The position numbers were made by a program, and so were the translations under genes. A DNA stretch of 64,000 nucleotides from Rebecca billardiae RCC1528. Its lineage: Eukaryota > Protista > Haptophyta. Shown here one piece after another: positions 1 through 11,850 of this stretch. The stretch covers positions 248,001 through 312,000 of the forward strand of contig OZ251239.1 of NCBI GenBank assembly GCA_965240325.2, given 5' to 3'. The notes beneath the pieces were generated by a model. That model was given only the letters and a program-made list of their open reading frames with translations. It did no database searches and was not told where the DNA came from. Each line of letters begins with the position of its first letter. Within the stretch, counting starts at the first letter, position 1.

Positions 1-389
1 GCTCGCGGCCGAGAGGCGCTGCCGGCGGATGCCGGGGCTGCCGGCGCTGCCGCGGCTGCTCGTCGCGCGCGACGTGGGGCTGGCGCGCGGGCCCTGCACC
101 TCCGTCACAGCCTTCACCGCGGTGATGAGCTTCGGCAGGTACTCGCGCACCGCCTCGTTCACGCGCGACACCGTCGCGAGCTCGAACGCCTGCACGATCG
201 ACCCCTCGATGTGCGCGAGCGCCGCCTGCGAGTACATGACGGCAAAAGTGTCGACCGACGCAATCAGCGCGCCGTAGTCAGGCCCTGCGGGGACGGGCGT
301 GATCTCGCGCGAGGAGCGGCTGAGCTTGGAGGAGATGCGGGGGCGCAAGAGCGCCGGCGTGCCGGAGGCGAAGCGCGCGCGGTTGATCC

Positions 390-420
<31 letters not shown>

Positions 421-3400
421 CGAGCCGTTGGATGCCTCGCTCACGCGGCGCGAGCGCAGCGGCGCCGAGCCAATCGGCACGACGACCACGTCGTCGAGCG
501 AGCCGCCGAGGGCGCGCCAGACGACGAGCTCGAGCACGCACCACAGCCGCTCGACGAGGGTGGGACCCCAGAGCACGAGGAGCTGCCGGCACCGGCCGAG
601 CCGGACGGGCACGTGCGCGAGCTCCTCCGCCGGCCGCAGCGCCGGGCTGGCGCACAGCGCGTCCACCCACACGACCGGCGCGCGGCCGTGCTCGGCCGTG
701 AACGCGGCCGCGCGCGCGCGCAGCGCGTCGAGCTTCTGCGCGGGGTCGTCGCCCCACGAGTGCACGACGTAGTAGTCCGCGCTGGGCAGGCCGTCGTGGC
801 TGGAGAGCTCGACCTCGGCGCGCGCGAGCTGCACCGCCGCGAGCCCGTCGCCGGCGGCGGCGCGCGCGCGCAGCTGCTCGAGCAGCTGCAGCGCGCGCTC
901 GCGCTCCTGCACCGCCGCCGCGCTCGCGCCGCCGCCGATCGAGTCTTCGCTCACGTCCTTGGAGAGGCCGGGCGGGCCTCGGGCGCGGAGCATCTGGCGC
1001 CAGCGGCCGCCCTCGACGCCGCCGGAGCACGAGCCGTCGCCCTCGCTGCCGCCCGCGCCGCCGAAGCGGCTGCTGCCGCACGCCGGCGAGGAGGAGGAGA
1101 GGGCGCCGCCGAAGCGCTGCGCGCACGCGGGCGAGGGCGCGCCGCCGCTGCCGCAGCCGACGCCCGGCGCGACCGCGCCCGTGGCGATGCCGCCGAGGCT
1201 GCCGGCCGAGCCGCGCCTCGAGCTGGACCGGGACGTGCGCTGCGCGCCCGCCGCCGGCGATGCGGGCGCACCCTCGCGCCGCACCGAGTCTCGCGACGAG
1301 GACGAGCCGCGCGCCACCACCACGACGCCTTGCAGCTCGCTAATGGCCGCCGGGTGGCCGGGCGCGCGCCTGGCAAAGTTGAGCGCGGACGAGGCGAGCA
1401 CGGCCGCGTCGAGGCGCACCGGGCGCATGCACGCCAGCGCGAGCCCGACCAGCGCCTCCGGGTCGTTGTCGATCGCCTCCTTCGCCGGCGCGCCGAACCC
1501 GAGGATCGGCGCGAGGAACGCCGGACCGATCGAGAAAAGTCCGGACTGCGGCGCCACCGCCTTGGTCAGCCACTCCTGCAGGTGGCGGCGGCATGGCGGC
1601 CAGTGGAGCAGCCCGGCGACGAGCACGCCGACGAGCGGGTCGGCGAAGGCCAGCGCGCGGGCGGGCGGCGCGTCGGCCGCGTAGTACCCGAGCGCGTCCC
1701 GCGCGATCGTGAACCCGAGCGAGAGCAGCGAGTGCGCGCCCAGCCAGCTCCCGACCGAGGAGACCAGGCCGTGGTACAGCCGCCGATTATGCGAGCGGTG
1801 CTGCCGCACGAGCGCGTGGATGCGCGCGGCGGCGATGGTGAAGGAGAAGGCGAAGAGGAGCGAGGACACCGCCTGCAGCACCAGCGCGCCGTCGCCCGCG
1901 AGCCGCGCCGCGTGCGCGCGCCCGAGCTCCAGCGTCGCCGCGAGGAACAGCAGCTGCGCGGCGGCGAGCACTCCAAACACCGCGCGGCCGATCACCGAGA
2001 GCCGCACAATCAGGCCGACCGGGTCGGAGGGGTGCAGCGCGAGCATGCACGCGGGCAGCAGGAGGTACAGCGCGAAGATCACGCTGAGGTGGTACAGCGC
2101 GAAGAACGCCGGGTCGACGTAGTACGCCACCGCGAGCCCGAGCCCGGCGGTGGGCGCGAGGTGTGCCAGGTACCCTAACCAGAGCAGCAGCGTCGCGGCC
2201 CAGCCGACGCACGCGGTCAGCAGCGCGGCGTTGGACACGCGCTGCTGCGAGAGGCGCGCCTGCGCGACCGAGCGCTCGACCACGTCCATCAGCAGCGCGC
2301 GCGCCACCACGGCGCACTCGCGCCTCGGCACGCCGAGCGAGAGCGCCAGCGAGTCGCCGGACGCCGTCACCACCGGCGCCACGCGCGCCACCGCGAGCGG
2401 CGCGGCGTCGAGCGCGACGGGTGGAGGGCCGATGCAGCAGTCGAAGAGGCGGCTGCGCCGCGGCGGCGTGGGCGAGGAGGGCGGGCCCGGCGGCTCGGGC
2501 ACGACGCGCGCGCGCTTCGACCGCAGGCTGTCGCCGCGGCTCGTCGCCGCCGTCGGCGAGCTGCCGCCAACGGCCGCGCGCGAGGGCGGAGGGCCGCCGC
2601 CGCCGCTCGCCGCCGCCGACGCGGCAGCTGAGGGGTTCGTCGCGTCGGGCGCGACGCCCGCGGCGGCGTTCATGCTCAGGCCGCCCTCCTTCGAGGAGCG
2701 CGCGGAGAGCGTGGTGCCGCCCATGCTCATCTCCTCCTCGCCCTCGCTGCTGTCGCGCGCCATCTCCAGCGCGGTCGGCTCATACGACTCGGACCGAAAG
2801 ACGGCGGCGGCGCGGCTCCCGCCGCGCATGACGATGCCGGGCAGCGGACTGCCCGGCGGGAGCGAGGAGACGGGCGAGGCGAGGCACGTGCTGTCGTCGG
2901 CGAAGGAGATGCGCGCGCGCAGCCGCGTGTGCGGCACCACCTCGCCCGGCTTGCCCACCTCGCCGCCCGAGCCCCCCGCGTCGACGAGCGCTCGGCGGCT
3001 GCCCTCGCGGCTCCCGCTGTGAACAAGTGGCCTGGGCCCGGGCGACAGGAGCACGCCGCCCTGCTGCCGCGTGGCGAGGATCACCTCGTGGTACGTGTCG
3101 CGAAGCAGCTTGAGCACGAAGCGCACGTCGGGCGCGTTGGCGGGCTGCAGCAGCAGCAGGTGCCGCACGCCGTTCACCGTGATCGCGCGCGAGTCCGAGA
3201 AGGCCGTGGCGGTGTGCGGCAGTGCTGTCATCAGCGCGACGACTGCGAGCGATCGAGGCACGCGCGGCGGGCGCGCGCGGGGTGGCGCGTCGGGCGCGGG
3301 GAGCCGTCAGCCGCGGCGTCGGTCGGCGCGCGCGCGGGGGGCGAGCGCGCACGGCGGCGCCACGGGCACGCTCGCGCGCGACCACCACCACCACCGCGCC

Positions 3401-4728
3401 GCGCCGCGCCGCGCCGCACCGTCGTACGGCTTGACGAAACCGTTGAGGTGCGACACGATCGGAGCGCTCTCATCCAGCTGCTCGTAGCCCTCCTCCTCAA
3501 AGACGGCGACGGCGACGCCGCAGAAGGTCTCGAAGTACCACTGCTTGGTGCAGCGCGCGGGGAGCTGCCCGGCGCACAGCTTCTGCCACAGCCCCTCCAG
3601 CCCGAGGAACTGCGCGTCCGCCAGGTAGCGCATCACCGGGCACTTGGCGCGCTCGGCGAACGAGCGCGCGAGCTGCATCGGCAGCATCGGCACCGCGTAA
3701 CGGGAAGTAACGGTCATCGGCACGCCGTGCTCGAAGCAGAAGGCGTACGTCGCGCGCGCGCCGTCCATGTCGAAGCCTGACGCGCGGCGCGCGCGCGGGC
3801 GGGCGGCGCGCGTTGGCGTGCGCGCGCGCGCGATCGGCTCGCCGGCACGGCGCGCGCCGCGCGCCGCGGCCGTCGCTCGCGGGCGCGCCTCGCGCCGAGC
3901 GCGCTCTCACCGTTGTTCACGGAGCTGTCGGGTGCCCAGCCCGACTGCTGCGACTCGTCGCGCTCGAGGCCGCCCTGGATCGCCATCAGCCGCACCTTGC
4001 TGACGAAGTGCGCAGGGTCCTCCGCCATCAGGTCCGCCACATCGCGCAGCGACGAGATGCACACGATCGTGAGAGACTGGTCTGCCGAGTCTGCCAGCAC
4101 CGAGCGCAGCAGCTCGGCGCCGCCGTGCAGCTGCGCGTCGTCGACGTCGGTGTACCCCGCGAGCCGGTACTCGTGCGGCTGCGCCGCCGTCTCGCGCCCC
4201 GCCGAGCCGATCCCCACCGGCACGTCGTCCGCGTGCACGTGGTCCAACACGCAGCGCGCGAGCCGCGCGCGACGGATCGGCTGCCCGCCGCCGTTCGCGA
4301 CGACCGCGCGGAGGGTGAGCTGGCCCTGCTTGTGCATGATGGCGCATACGAGCAGGGCCTGGAGCACGGCGCGGGACGCACACCCCGCGCGCACGCGCGA
4401 GCGTACGCGCGCGCAGGGGCGATGCACCAGGCCACAGGTGAGCGGCGAGTGCTCATCACGAGCGTTGATGAGCTCCGGCGAGGTGCACGGCGCGCGCGCG
4501 GCTCATGCCGCAGACGCGCGTGCGGCGAGGCGGCGTGGGCACGCGCGCTCGGCGCGGGGAGGCGGGCGCGATGCGATCCACGGGCCGCGCGCTCAAGCAC
4601 GCGCGCCACGGGCCGCCCTGCCGCACCTTGACATCATCCGGGTCCGGGCCCGGGTCGGTGATCAGCGCTATTTGCAAGCCTTGCGGCCGGCAAGCGGCGT
4701 CGCGCTTGCGGCCGAGTAAGCTGCGCAT
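1..4728 (-). CDS. Nucleoside hydrolase-like / ~6TM / TIR(HET)-like fusion protein, copy A (3' end runs off the window)
   Basis: Hand-spliced exons 4728-4627, 4358-3911, 3776-3420 and 3242-<1, all GT..AG and frame-consistent. N-terminus has ITDPGPDPDD, ISSLRD, IQGG, SVNN.FD and KPYD (IU-nucleoside hydrolase-like motifs). About 6 hydrophobic helices at ~2230-1590. TIR/HET-like domain at ~780-480: DYYVVHSWGDD...VWVDALC...LLVLWGPTLVERLWCVLEL. The last exon is missing from the ORF track because it has no stop inside the window. Confidence 0.85.
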
Positions 4729-5929
4729 GGCGAGCCTATGCCCACGCGACTCGAACGCGGCCCGCCTTGGCGCCCGTCGCCGCGCCTGGCGAAGGCCGGG
4801 GCCACCTGGGGCGGTCCAGCCCTTCGCCCACCGGGACGCACCGGGACACACTACACTACGCCTGTCACGCGCTGTTGACTGTTCATTGGATGCCGAGGGT
4901 CACGCAGCAGTCTTTTCGAGAGCAGATTCGATATTCTCTCAGGCTTCATTTCAGATTGACGCAGCCTCATCAATGCAGCGCAACTCTGATCCCTATGTGC
5001 ACAGGCGCCTTTTACCCAGTCTTTTTACCGTGTGAAAGTGTATTCAGAGCGGGTTAAAGGCCACATGTCACGCTCGAGGCAATATGTAAGGTATGCCGGT
5101 ATCACCCACTCCGAAGCGTACCAGTAGCGAGAGGCCGGCCTGATACAGGGCCACGCGAATCTTCAGGCTCACAGCTAATGAATGAAAGGCGCATCAAAGT
5201 ACTGCAGCACAGGAATCCTTGCCTAATAACGTATCACGACGCGTGAGCTCGCCGCGGAGGCGGCGGCCGCGAGGGCGGCCGCGGGCGCGATTGATACCCG
5301 GGACCCAGAGAGACAACTCGGATGACGAGATCTTCCCATCCGACGCCGAGGACGGCTCTCCTGAGGCGATCGCGCTCGATGACGGTCGTGATTTGGACGA
5401 CTGATGGCGATGCGCGGCGAAAGGCGGAGGAGAGTGGCGCGGCGCAGGGCTTCGAGCCGGTTGTGGCGATGGAGCAACCTATCATCGCCAACGTCGTCGC
5501 CCCGAGCGCCGCCGCGCTGCCGCACGCCACCGTCGCCACGCCAGTATGCCAGTTGCGCCAGTGCAAGCAGCCGGCGTGGCCGCGCCGCTGGCGAGGCCGA
5601 GTGAGTCGGCCTGCCCGCGATCGCGGAGTATCAAAGCCGCGGGGCCGGCGTGGCCAGCTGCCAGCAGAGCGGTGGCCGCGGTGCTCAGGGTGTTGCAGGT
5701 GCGACCAGCGCGCCGCTGTCATCGCGTGCCCGCAAACAATTTAAGAGGGAGTCGCTATAATGCAGTTCGTCCCGCCGCCCGGCCTGCCAGCCACTTACTA
5801 ATTGACGTCGAACAGTTTTTAATCGCCGGTAACCGGGAAATCATTAAATAGCCGGCGGCGCCCTTAGTATCGAATTAATATCGGGCTTATTGCCAGCAGC
5901 GCGGCCGCCGCCGGTGGCGGTAGCTAATA

Positions 5930-7726
5930 CTAGCTTCGCCGTTTAATTCCTGAGATGGCCTCAGACTCGGGACCGTCCGATCCGAGCCATTGCCACACCG
6001 AGCGCAGCCCACCGAGCACGTCGTCGAGCAACACCTGTGCCACACTAACCGCGCAATCGTTCACGCCGTACGAGAAGAGCAGGCGGGACGAATGACCTCC
6101 GTCGCTTTGACGACTGTGATGCTCGTCACTCTGCACCGGCTCCATGCCCAAGATGAATTGGATGCTATCGCAGTCCTGCCGCTCAGCAGAGCCCGCTGCT
6201 GAGCCGAGCGCAGGGAAGCACCACTCGGGGCCGAGCCGGCGGATGGCAAAGGGCGGGTGCGCGTCGAGGGTCAGCATGATTTGGGTGTAGTGGTGGCCGT
6301 ATTTGAAGACCGGAGCGTCGAGCTGCGCGCGCGCCCCATGGGACAGTTCCGCAGGACCCACTGATGAGCTCCGCGTCACCGCTAGCTTCTTGCCGCCCAC
6401 GTGCACGTGCACCGCCAGCAGCAGCTCATGACTCTGCGTGAGGAAGAGGGGGGCAGCTGAGAGGTGTATCCGAGGGACCACCGATCGCATACCCGCATGC
6501 GTCTGCATCAGCGATGCCCATGCGTTGGCCTCGCGAGCAGCCGCAGCCGTGGCGTTGCTGCTGGCCTTGCCACTAGCCCAGCCACCCTCCACGTCTGCCT
6601 GCGCAGGCTGCGCGCCCATCTCGAGCCTGGCCAACGGCAAGACGCGGCTGGGCGGCACGTCGGCCGCGCTGAACCTGCGGAAGCAGAGGGGGCACTCGTT
6701 GGGCCTGGCGCTCTCCAGGCTGGCGTTCACCATCACAACAGCCGGCGCAGGCCCCTGTCGCAGAGGACTCCAGCCAGGGGGGTCCAAGCTCCACAGCACA
6801 TGCAGCCTCTCCTTGTACCAGAAGGGCAGCAGGTTGCGGTCCCGCAGGCCTGGCCGCACACCAAGCGCACGGCTTTGTGCGTTCCTCGCTGCAAAGATGT
6901 ATCCGCCGTGGGTCTCAATGAGCAGCCTCGCGCGCAGCGCACATGCGCCTGTGCCACGCGCTCCGCGTACGCATTCGAGCAACAGCGGCCCCACTGCGTA
7001 CTTGTTGGCGGCCTCGCGCGGATGGCAGAGGCAGGACGCCCACAGGCCACCCTTGCCGTCCAGACAGGTACCCACACCCACCTCGCACGGCTCGCGGAGG
7101 AAGCGGCAGTCCGTAAGCGATGAGGGGCAGGACGTGACCCGCACGAGCACGCCGCGCGCAACCTGGTTGAATGCTCCGTCTAGGAGCGCAACCCCGAGCG
7201 TGTTGTCGAAGCTCTCCTCGTTCGTGCCGTTGCGGGGCGTGTAGTCCGCGCCCATTCGGACCGTCTTGTGGGTGTCCCTGCGATCGACTGTGGCAGCAGC
7301 ACACTCGTGGAACCTCCTGCAGAAGAGCATCACGTAGCGCGCGTCAGGGACGCCGAGGTGTCGAATCTCGCGCGGACGGAGCCTGGCCACCGGTGCGTTG
7401 TACTGAACCATTGGCGACGAGCCAGCGGGTGGCTGCGGCAGGTGCGGGCGGCGTAGTGTCGGCATCACGCGTGGCGTGGTACTGCTGCAGCGACCGGACG
7501 CATTTCCAGCGGCATCGTCGCAGAGCCTGGCCAGCTTGGGTGTCACCTCGCCGTCTGCCAGCGCAGGAACGCCAAACATGGCTTGAGGCCTCCAGTCGTA
7601 CCAAAGGCGTGCCGTTGGCGAGCCCGTTGGTGCGAGGGCCCCACAGTCCTTGATGAGGGTGAGCGCCAGCGCCAGCAGCAGGAAGCGTCGGCGACGCGCC
7701 ACATCACCAGAGCAATGAGGCAGCAT
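5930..7726 (-). CDS. Secreted or type II membrane protein with a five-bladed beta-propeller glyco-enzyme-like C-terminus (GT91/GH130-like)
   Basis: Intronless ORF. First ATG at 7726 is followed by RRRRFLLLALALTL (signal anchor). Motifs NLLPF...WSLDP and PPFAIRRLGPEWCF...IQFILGM...LLFSYGVNDC resemble beta-propeller mannosyltransferase/glycosidase folds. Family assignment is by eye. Confidence 0.6.
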   Translation of the reverse strand: MLPHCSGDVARRRRFLLLALALTLIKDCGALAPTGSPTARLWYDWRPQAMFGVPALADGEVTPKLARLCDDAAGNASGRCSSTTPRVMPTLRRPHLPQPPAGSSPMVQYNAPVARLRPREIRHLGVPDARYVMLFCRRFHECAAATVDRRDTHKTVRMGADYTPRNGTNEESFDNTLGVALLDGAFNQVARGVLVRVTSCPSSLTDCRFLREPCEVGVGTCLDGKGGLWASCLCHPREAANKYAVGPLLLECVRGARGTGACALRARLLIETHGGYIFAARNAQSRALGVRPGLRDRNLLPFWYKERLHVLWSLDPPGWSPLRQGPAPAVVMVNASLESARPNECPLCFRRFSAADVPPSRVLPLARLEMGAQPAQADVEGGWASGKASSNATAAAAREANAWASLMQTHAGMRSVVPRIHLSAAPLFLTQSHELLLAVHVHVGGKKLAVTRSSSVGPAELSHGARAQLDAPVFKYGHHYTQIMLTLDAHPPFAIRRLGPEWCFPALGSAAGSAERQDCDSIQFILGMEPVQSDEHHSRQSDGGHSSRLLFSYGVNDCAVSVAQVLLDDVLGGLRSVWQWLGSDGPESEAISGIKRRS

Positions 7727-8215
7727 GATGGAAGCGTGCCGGCGCGTGCGCTGACTGCCGAGGAGTCCCGGGGGAGTTGCAACCCCGTCGCTCAAACCTT
7801 CGCACCACGGCCCTTGCTCCCCCTGCTACGGCCCTCGCCCGGCGGCGTTCGCGCGCCCTCAGCAACCGCGGGCGATGACGACTGACGACGACGAGTCGAC
7901 GACGCAACACACACCGGCGCGCGCCTGCCTGATCTGAGAGGGAGCACGGCCGAACTCGGACTCATTCTATGATTTAACGACACAGGTACAGTTTCCAGGT
8001 CTCTCTTCGGAGAGCGTGCGATGAAGGAGGCGCGGCAACCTGCCACCGTGAGCCTTACGCACGTTAAAACAAATAAACTGTAGGACGACGCGGGTCTCCT
8101 GATTAATATTCGGACTCGTGTGAAGGTCCCTCCCACTGGCTTATCTCCTACTGTTGGATGGCGTTAATCACGCCTTAACCAAGTGTGCACGTTAAATCAT
8201 AGTAAACTGTACGTA

Positions 8216-8300
8216 CAGTTTACTAGACGCACACTGCTCAGACAGGCGAGATACCATACTGTTGCCTGAGCTGTGTGCGTCTCTTATTCTTAGTAAACTG
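8216..8300. mobile_element. Tiny Tc1/mariner-like MITE (TA|CAGTTTACT...AGTAAACTG|TA)
   Basis: TA at 8214-8215 and 8301-8302 flank imperfect inverted ends. An extra right-end fragment lies at 8201-8212. Related copies at ~12684-12751 and 37643-37690. Confidence 0.6.
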
Positions 8301-8319
8301 TACAGATCTTTCGGCCAGC

Positions 8320-9693
8320 ATGGAATCGTACCGCCGTCCCGCGGTCGCGCTCGCTCTCCGCGCGTTCCTCGCCGTGCTGGCACTGTGCGCGGCGCGCGGC
8401 GCACAGTGCCCAAGTGCCGAGTCGCCGCCCTTCGCCATTGTCGCCGAGCTCCTGCCCAAGCATCACCACGTCATCCCAAGCTCCATTGCATTTGCGCGTG
8501 AGCTTGGTGCACGCAGCGTGTTTGTGGTGAGCACCTCTGAACATGCATTCGGCGCCTCTGAGCTCCTCCGATGGGCTGCTTTTCCGGGTGTGACGCACGT
8601 GGAGCTCCGCAAGTCCAGCCTCGATGAAACTCTCGCGTGCCTCACCAGACACCCACGTCTCGCGCTCGTGGTCGTGCAGACATTGGCCGATCAGGCGCGC
8701 ACGCGTCAGAACATCTTGTTCTCGCAGCTTGCGCAGAGCCAAGCGTCGGTGCCGATCTTCGTGGGCTGCCACAGTCTCTTCCACATACATATCATTCGGG
8801 AGGCTTCCCGCCAGCACGCGCTCACTGGGATGGTCCCCCTCGCCTTCTGCCCCGGAATATACAAAGGGCTTGCCCAACGGGCGACGAACGGATGGCAACC
8901 GCCGACGTGGTACATGCCCGCGTACTTCGGTGAGCCCGCGGCCCGGACAGCGATGCAGCCCAGGGGCTGCCTCGATGACCGGACCGTGCGCTTCTACGTC
9001 CCGGGAAGCATTGATCAGCGCACAGGCCGCAACTGGGAGGCGCTGCGCGAGCTGCGCGAGCTGCAGATTCCTCGCGGGGTGCGCGTGCGCGTTGAGGTGC
9101 TGAGTGCTGTTCGAGGTGAGGACGGCCGGCGATTCGTGTCGATTCAGGACTTCGTGCGCAATGCCACGGGGGGGAGCGTCCAGCTGCATGCAGTGCAAGC
9201 CGACTGGGTCCCGGCCATCAACGCCATGAGCCACTCCAGCTTTTTGCTGCCGCTGATCGATGAGAGCAATCACAAGGTCTCAGACAACTACGCCAACGGC
9301 TTCACGTTGCCCTCCGTGCTTCCATTTGCGGAGGGCCTGGGCACACCGCTCGTGCTGTTCGAGAAGCTGGCGGCATCGTTTGCTGTGCGTGGCCAGATCA
9401 CGTACAATGCCTCCGCCGGCTTCCTCGGCGCCATGCAGCGCGCCGTCGACCTGTGCATCGGGACGTCGAAGGTGGGGCAGCATGAGCAGCGCGAAGCGTA
9501 CGACCAGCTTCGTGCCACCGTGCGCTCGAGCGTGTACTCGGAGGACGGGCGCCTTGCCGCCTTCGCGCCCGCGCGCAAGCTGGCGTGCGACGCCAACAGA
9601 ACGTTTATGGAGCAGTTGGGGACTGCACTGGGGCGTGCAGACTGCATGTGCTGCACGGCTACTGCCAACTACAGTACCGACTACTATAGCTGA
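8320..9693 (+). CDS. Signal-anchored putative GT-B fold glycosyltransferase-like protein
   Basis: Intronless ORF from ATG 8320 (MESYRRPAVALALRAFLAVLALCAA). The C-terminal half (FYVPGSID..RN, SFLLPLID, PSVLPFAEGLGTPLVL) resembles a GT-B nucleotide-sugar-binding domain. Confidence 0.55.
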   Translation: MESYRRPAVALALRAFLAVLALCAARGAQCPSAESPPFAIVAELLPKHHHVIPSSIAFARELGARSVFVVSTSEHAFGASELLRWAAFPGVTHVELRKSSLDETLACLTRHPRLALVVVQTLADQARTRQNILFSQLAQSQASVPIFVGCHSLFHIHIIREASRQHALTGMVPLAFCPGIYKGLAQRATNGWQPPTWYMPAYFGEPAARTAMQPRGCLDDRTVRFYVPGSIDQRTGRNWEALRELRELQIPRGVRVRVEVLSAVRGEDGRRFVSIQDFVRNATGGSVQLHAVQADWVPAINAMSHSSFLLPLIDESNHKVSDNYANGFTLPSVLPFAEGLGTPLVLFEKLAASFAVRGQITYNASAGFLGAMQRAVDLCIGTSKVGQHEQREAYDQLRATVRSSVYSEDGRLAAFAPARKLACDANRTFMEQLGTALGRADCMCCTATANYSTDYYS

Positions 9694-9989
9694 GTTATTC
9701 GTCGTGCTGATGACAAATGAATAATATATATATATGACCGCGTTCCGCGGTCCTTTTCTGCATAGAATCAACGCAGTTGGGGGCCCGCGGTGGCCGTGCA
9801 ATCGCGGCTCTCCGCCGTAGTGGCAGTTCGCCAGTTGAAGTCGGTTCTGAGATGACTGAAGCTATATTAGTCCGACCGTCGCCCTGCCTGCGCGACCGCG
9901 AGACTCATTCACACTTCACACAATATCACAGCAGCGGACCTGAGACCGCACCCGGCACCGGTCGTCAAATCGGACGTCCGTCTGACAAC

Positions 9990-10135
9990 TAGCTGCCAAA
10001 TGTCCAACTGGCTGATCAGCTCGGATCCGACCCGTCCGCGATCGTGCCATCGGCATCGGAATTACTACTAGTAGCTGCCAAACTGTGTCCAACTCTGGCT
10101 GATCAGCTCGGATCCGACCCGTCCGCGATCGTGCC
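9990..10135. repeat. Imperfect ~60-bp direct repeat (2 copies)
   Basis: tagctgccaaa..tgtccaact..ggctgatcagctcggatccgacccgtccgcgatcgtgcc at 9990-10048 and 10072-10135. Confidence 0.85.
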
Positions 10136-10504
10136 GAGTGAGTCGTGCCGCGGAGCTCGGAGTACTGAAGGAGTCGGGTGTGACAGCAGGGTGCTTTAGC
10201 GCTGCGGCCCGTGCCAGCCAACGACCAGACGTACTCTGGCCACTTGACCCGTTGCACGGGTGAGTGACCGTACGCCCTGCCTAGTGCCTACCGCGCGCGC
10301 CGCGCGACCGGCGACTCGGGGTGATGGAGAGCGGATGGCGACAGCAGCAGCAGTCCTCATGAAGACGATGAAACTGGCGGCACGGGTGCACGAGGTGGCA
10401 GGCGAAAGCGCGCCGACGAGACCGCATTTGACACACCTGAGCCGCACGCGCGTGCCGTCGCCGAGCCGGGCGAGCGCTGCAAACGCGCAACCGTAGCGTC
10501 TTAA

Positions 10505-11850
10505 CCCCTATTGTGGAACGGACCCCTATTGTGGAACGGCGCCAGTTTTTCCTATGTAGAGCTCGGATGTCGCGGAGGCGATGAGATCGGCGGCTACCGC
10601 CGTGTGCGCCTGGCCAAGGCGCGTCCAACGAGCCCAAGAACGTCGCCATAGCCCCACCCCAGCGCCGTCCGCTGCCGATCGTTTGCTGGAGTCAGAGCTG
10701 AGAATCTGGTGTGAAAAAATGGTTTTCGGCTCCTGTAGGCCGAAGCTTCGGCCGGGAGGGCGCGCACGGTATTTTTGGGAGCTCCCCGAAAGCAGCCCGG
10801 GCAGGGAATCAAGCCGGCTTGCCGCTGCCGCACTCGTGGATGGAGCGCGAGTGACACGAATTGGGTCAGGTCAGCATGGCTGATTCCTGGGTTGGAGGAC
10901 GCCCCGCCGCGGCGGGGGGCGGTGCGGCGGCGCGAGCTGACTGGTGGCGATGATGAACGCGTAGCCGAAGGTGCCGGACCGTCAGGCGACGCCCAACCCC
11001 GCAAAGCAGCTGCATCGCCTGCCGACCGCGCGAGAGCCGCGCCGCGCGAAGCGGCTGGGCGCGAGTGGACTACGACCCGCCGGATGCAGCCATCAGGGAC
11101 TGTGTGTAGAGCGGGGAGCTGGCGTGAGGGCACAGCTGTCGCCGACTTCGGCTCATATGCCGTGACAACGGGCCACGCTCTGTCGGATGGTGAAGGACCC
11201 GACCAGCCCGTCGAGGCCGCTGGGGCTGAAGCCGCGGCTGAGCGGCTGTGACGGTCGAGCAGATGCACACCAACTGGGTCGCGGAGATAGCGCTACTCGG
11301 CTTCGCGCCGACCACGCGGCAGGTCTGCATCGATGCGGCGCTTCTCTTCCTGCGTAGCGGCGCGCCCTTCTCGACGCTCTCCAGCATGCCCTGGAAGCGG
11401 TGGTGTCGGCGGCGGCTCAGGCGCCACGCGAAGGCGAGCGAGCGTCGATGACGGACACGCTCGTCGACCGCATCACTCATCGTGGAGAGGGTTCGCGCGG
11501 GCAAGACGTGCCCCCCGGCGGCTGCGGGGTCGAGGGCGGGTGCCCACACCACCAGCACGCCGGCGAGCGCCAGTGGGCCGACTGCGAACGCTCAGGAGCC
11601 AGCAGTGGCACCGTCCTGAGCGAGGAACCAAAATCGTTCCACAATAGGGGTCAGTCGACCCGTCGACGCACCTCGCGGGCGCGCGCGCGCGCGCGCGCGC
11701 GCGCGGGCTAGTTCCGAGCTCCGCACCCTCAGCGGTGTATGGTCCCTTCGGTAGGACCCATGGCCAGTACCTGACACCTTAAGATCGCTCGCCGAGCCGC
11801 ACTACCTCGCCCTAGGGGCGGAAAACCCGAAAATCGTTCCACAATAGGGG
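10505..11850. mobile_element. Non-autonomous piggyBac-like element (1346 bp)
   Basis: TTAA at 10501-10504 and 11851-11854. 16-bp TIR CCCCTATTGTGGAACG / CGTTCCACAATAGGGG. Asymmetric internal TIR copies at 10521-10538 and 11635-11652. No transposase ORF. Confidence 0.88.

Noticed and set aside
211-3780. Long plus-strand ORFs (655, 290 and 283 aa)
   Set aside because: R/A/G-rich antisense shadows of hydrolase-TIR gene A, caused by high GC.
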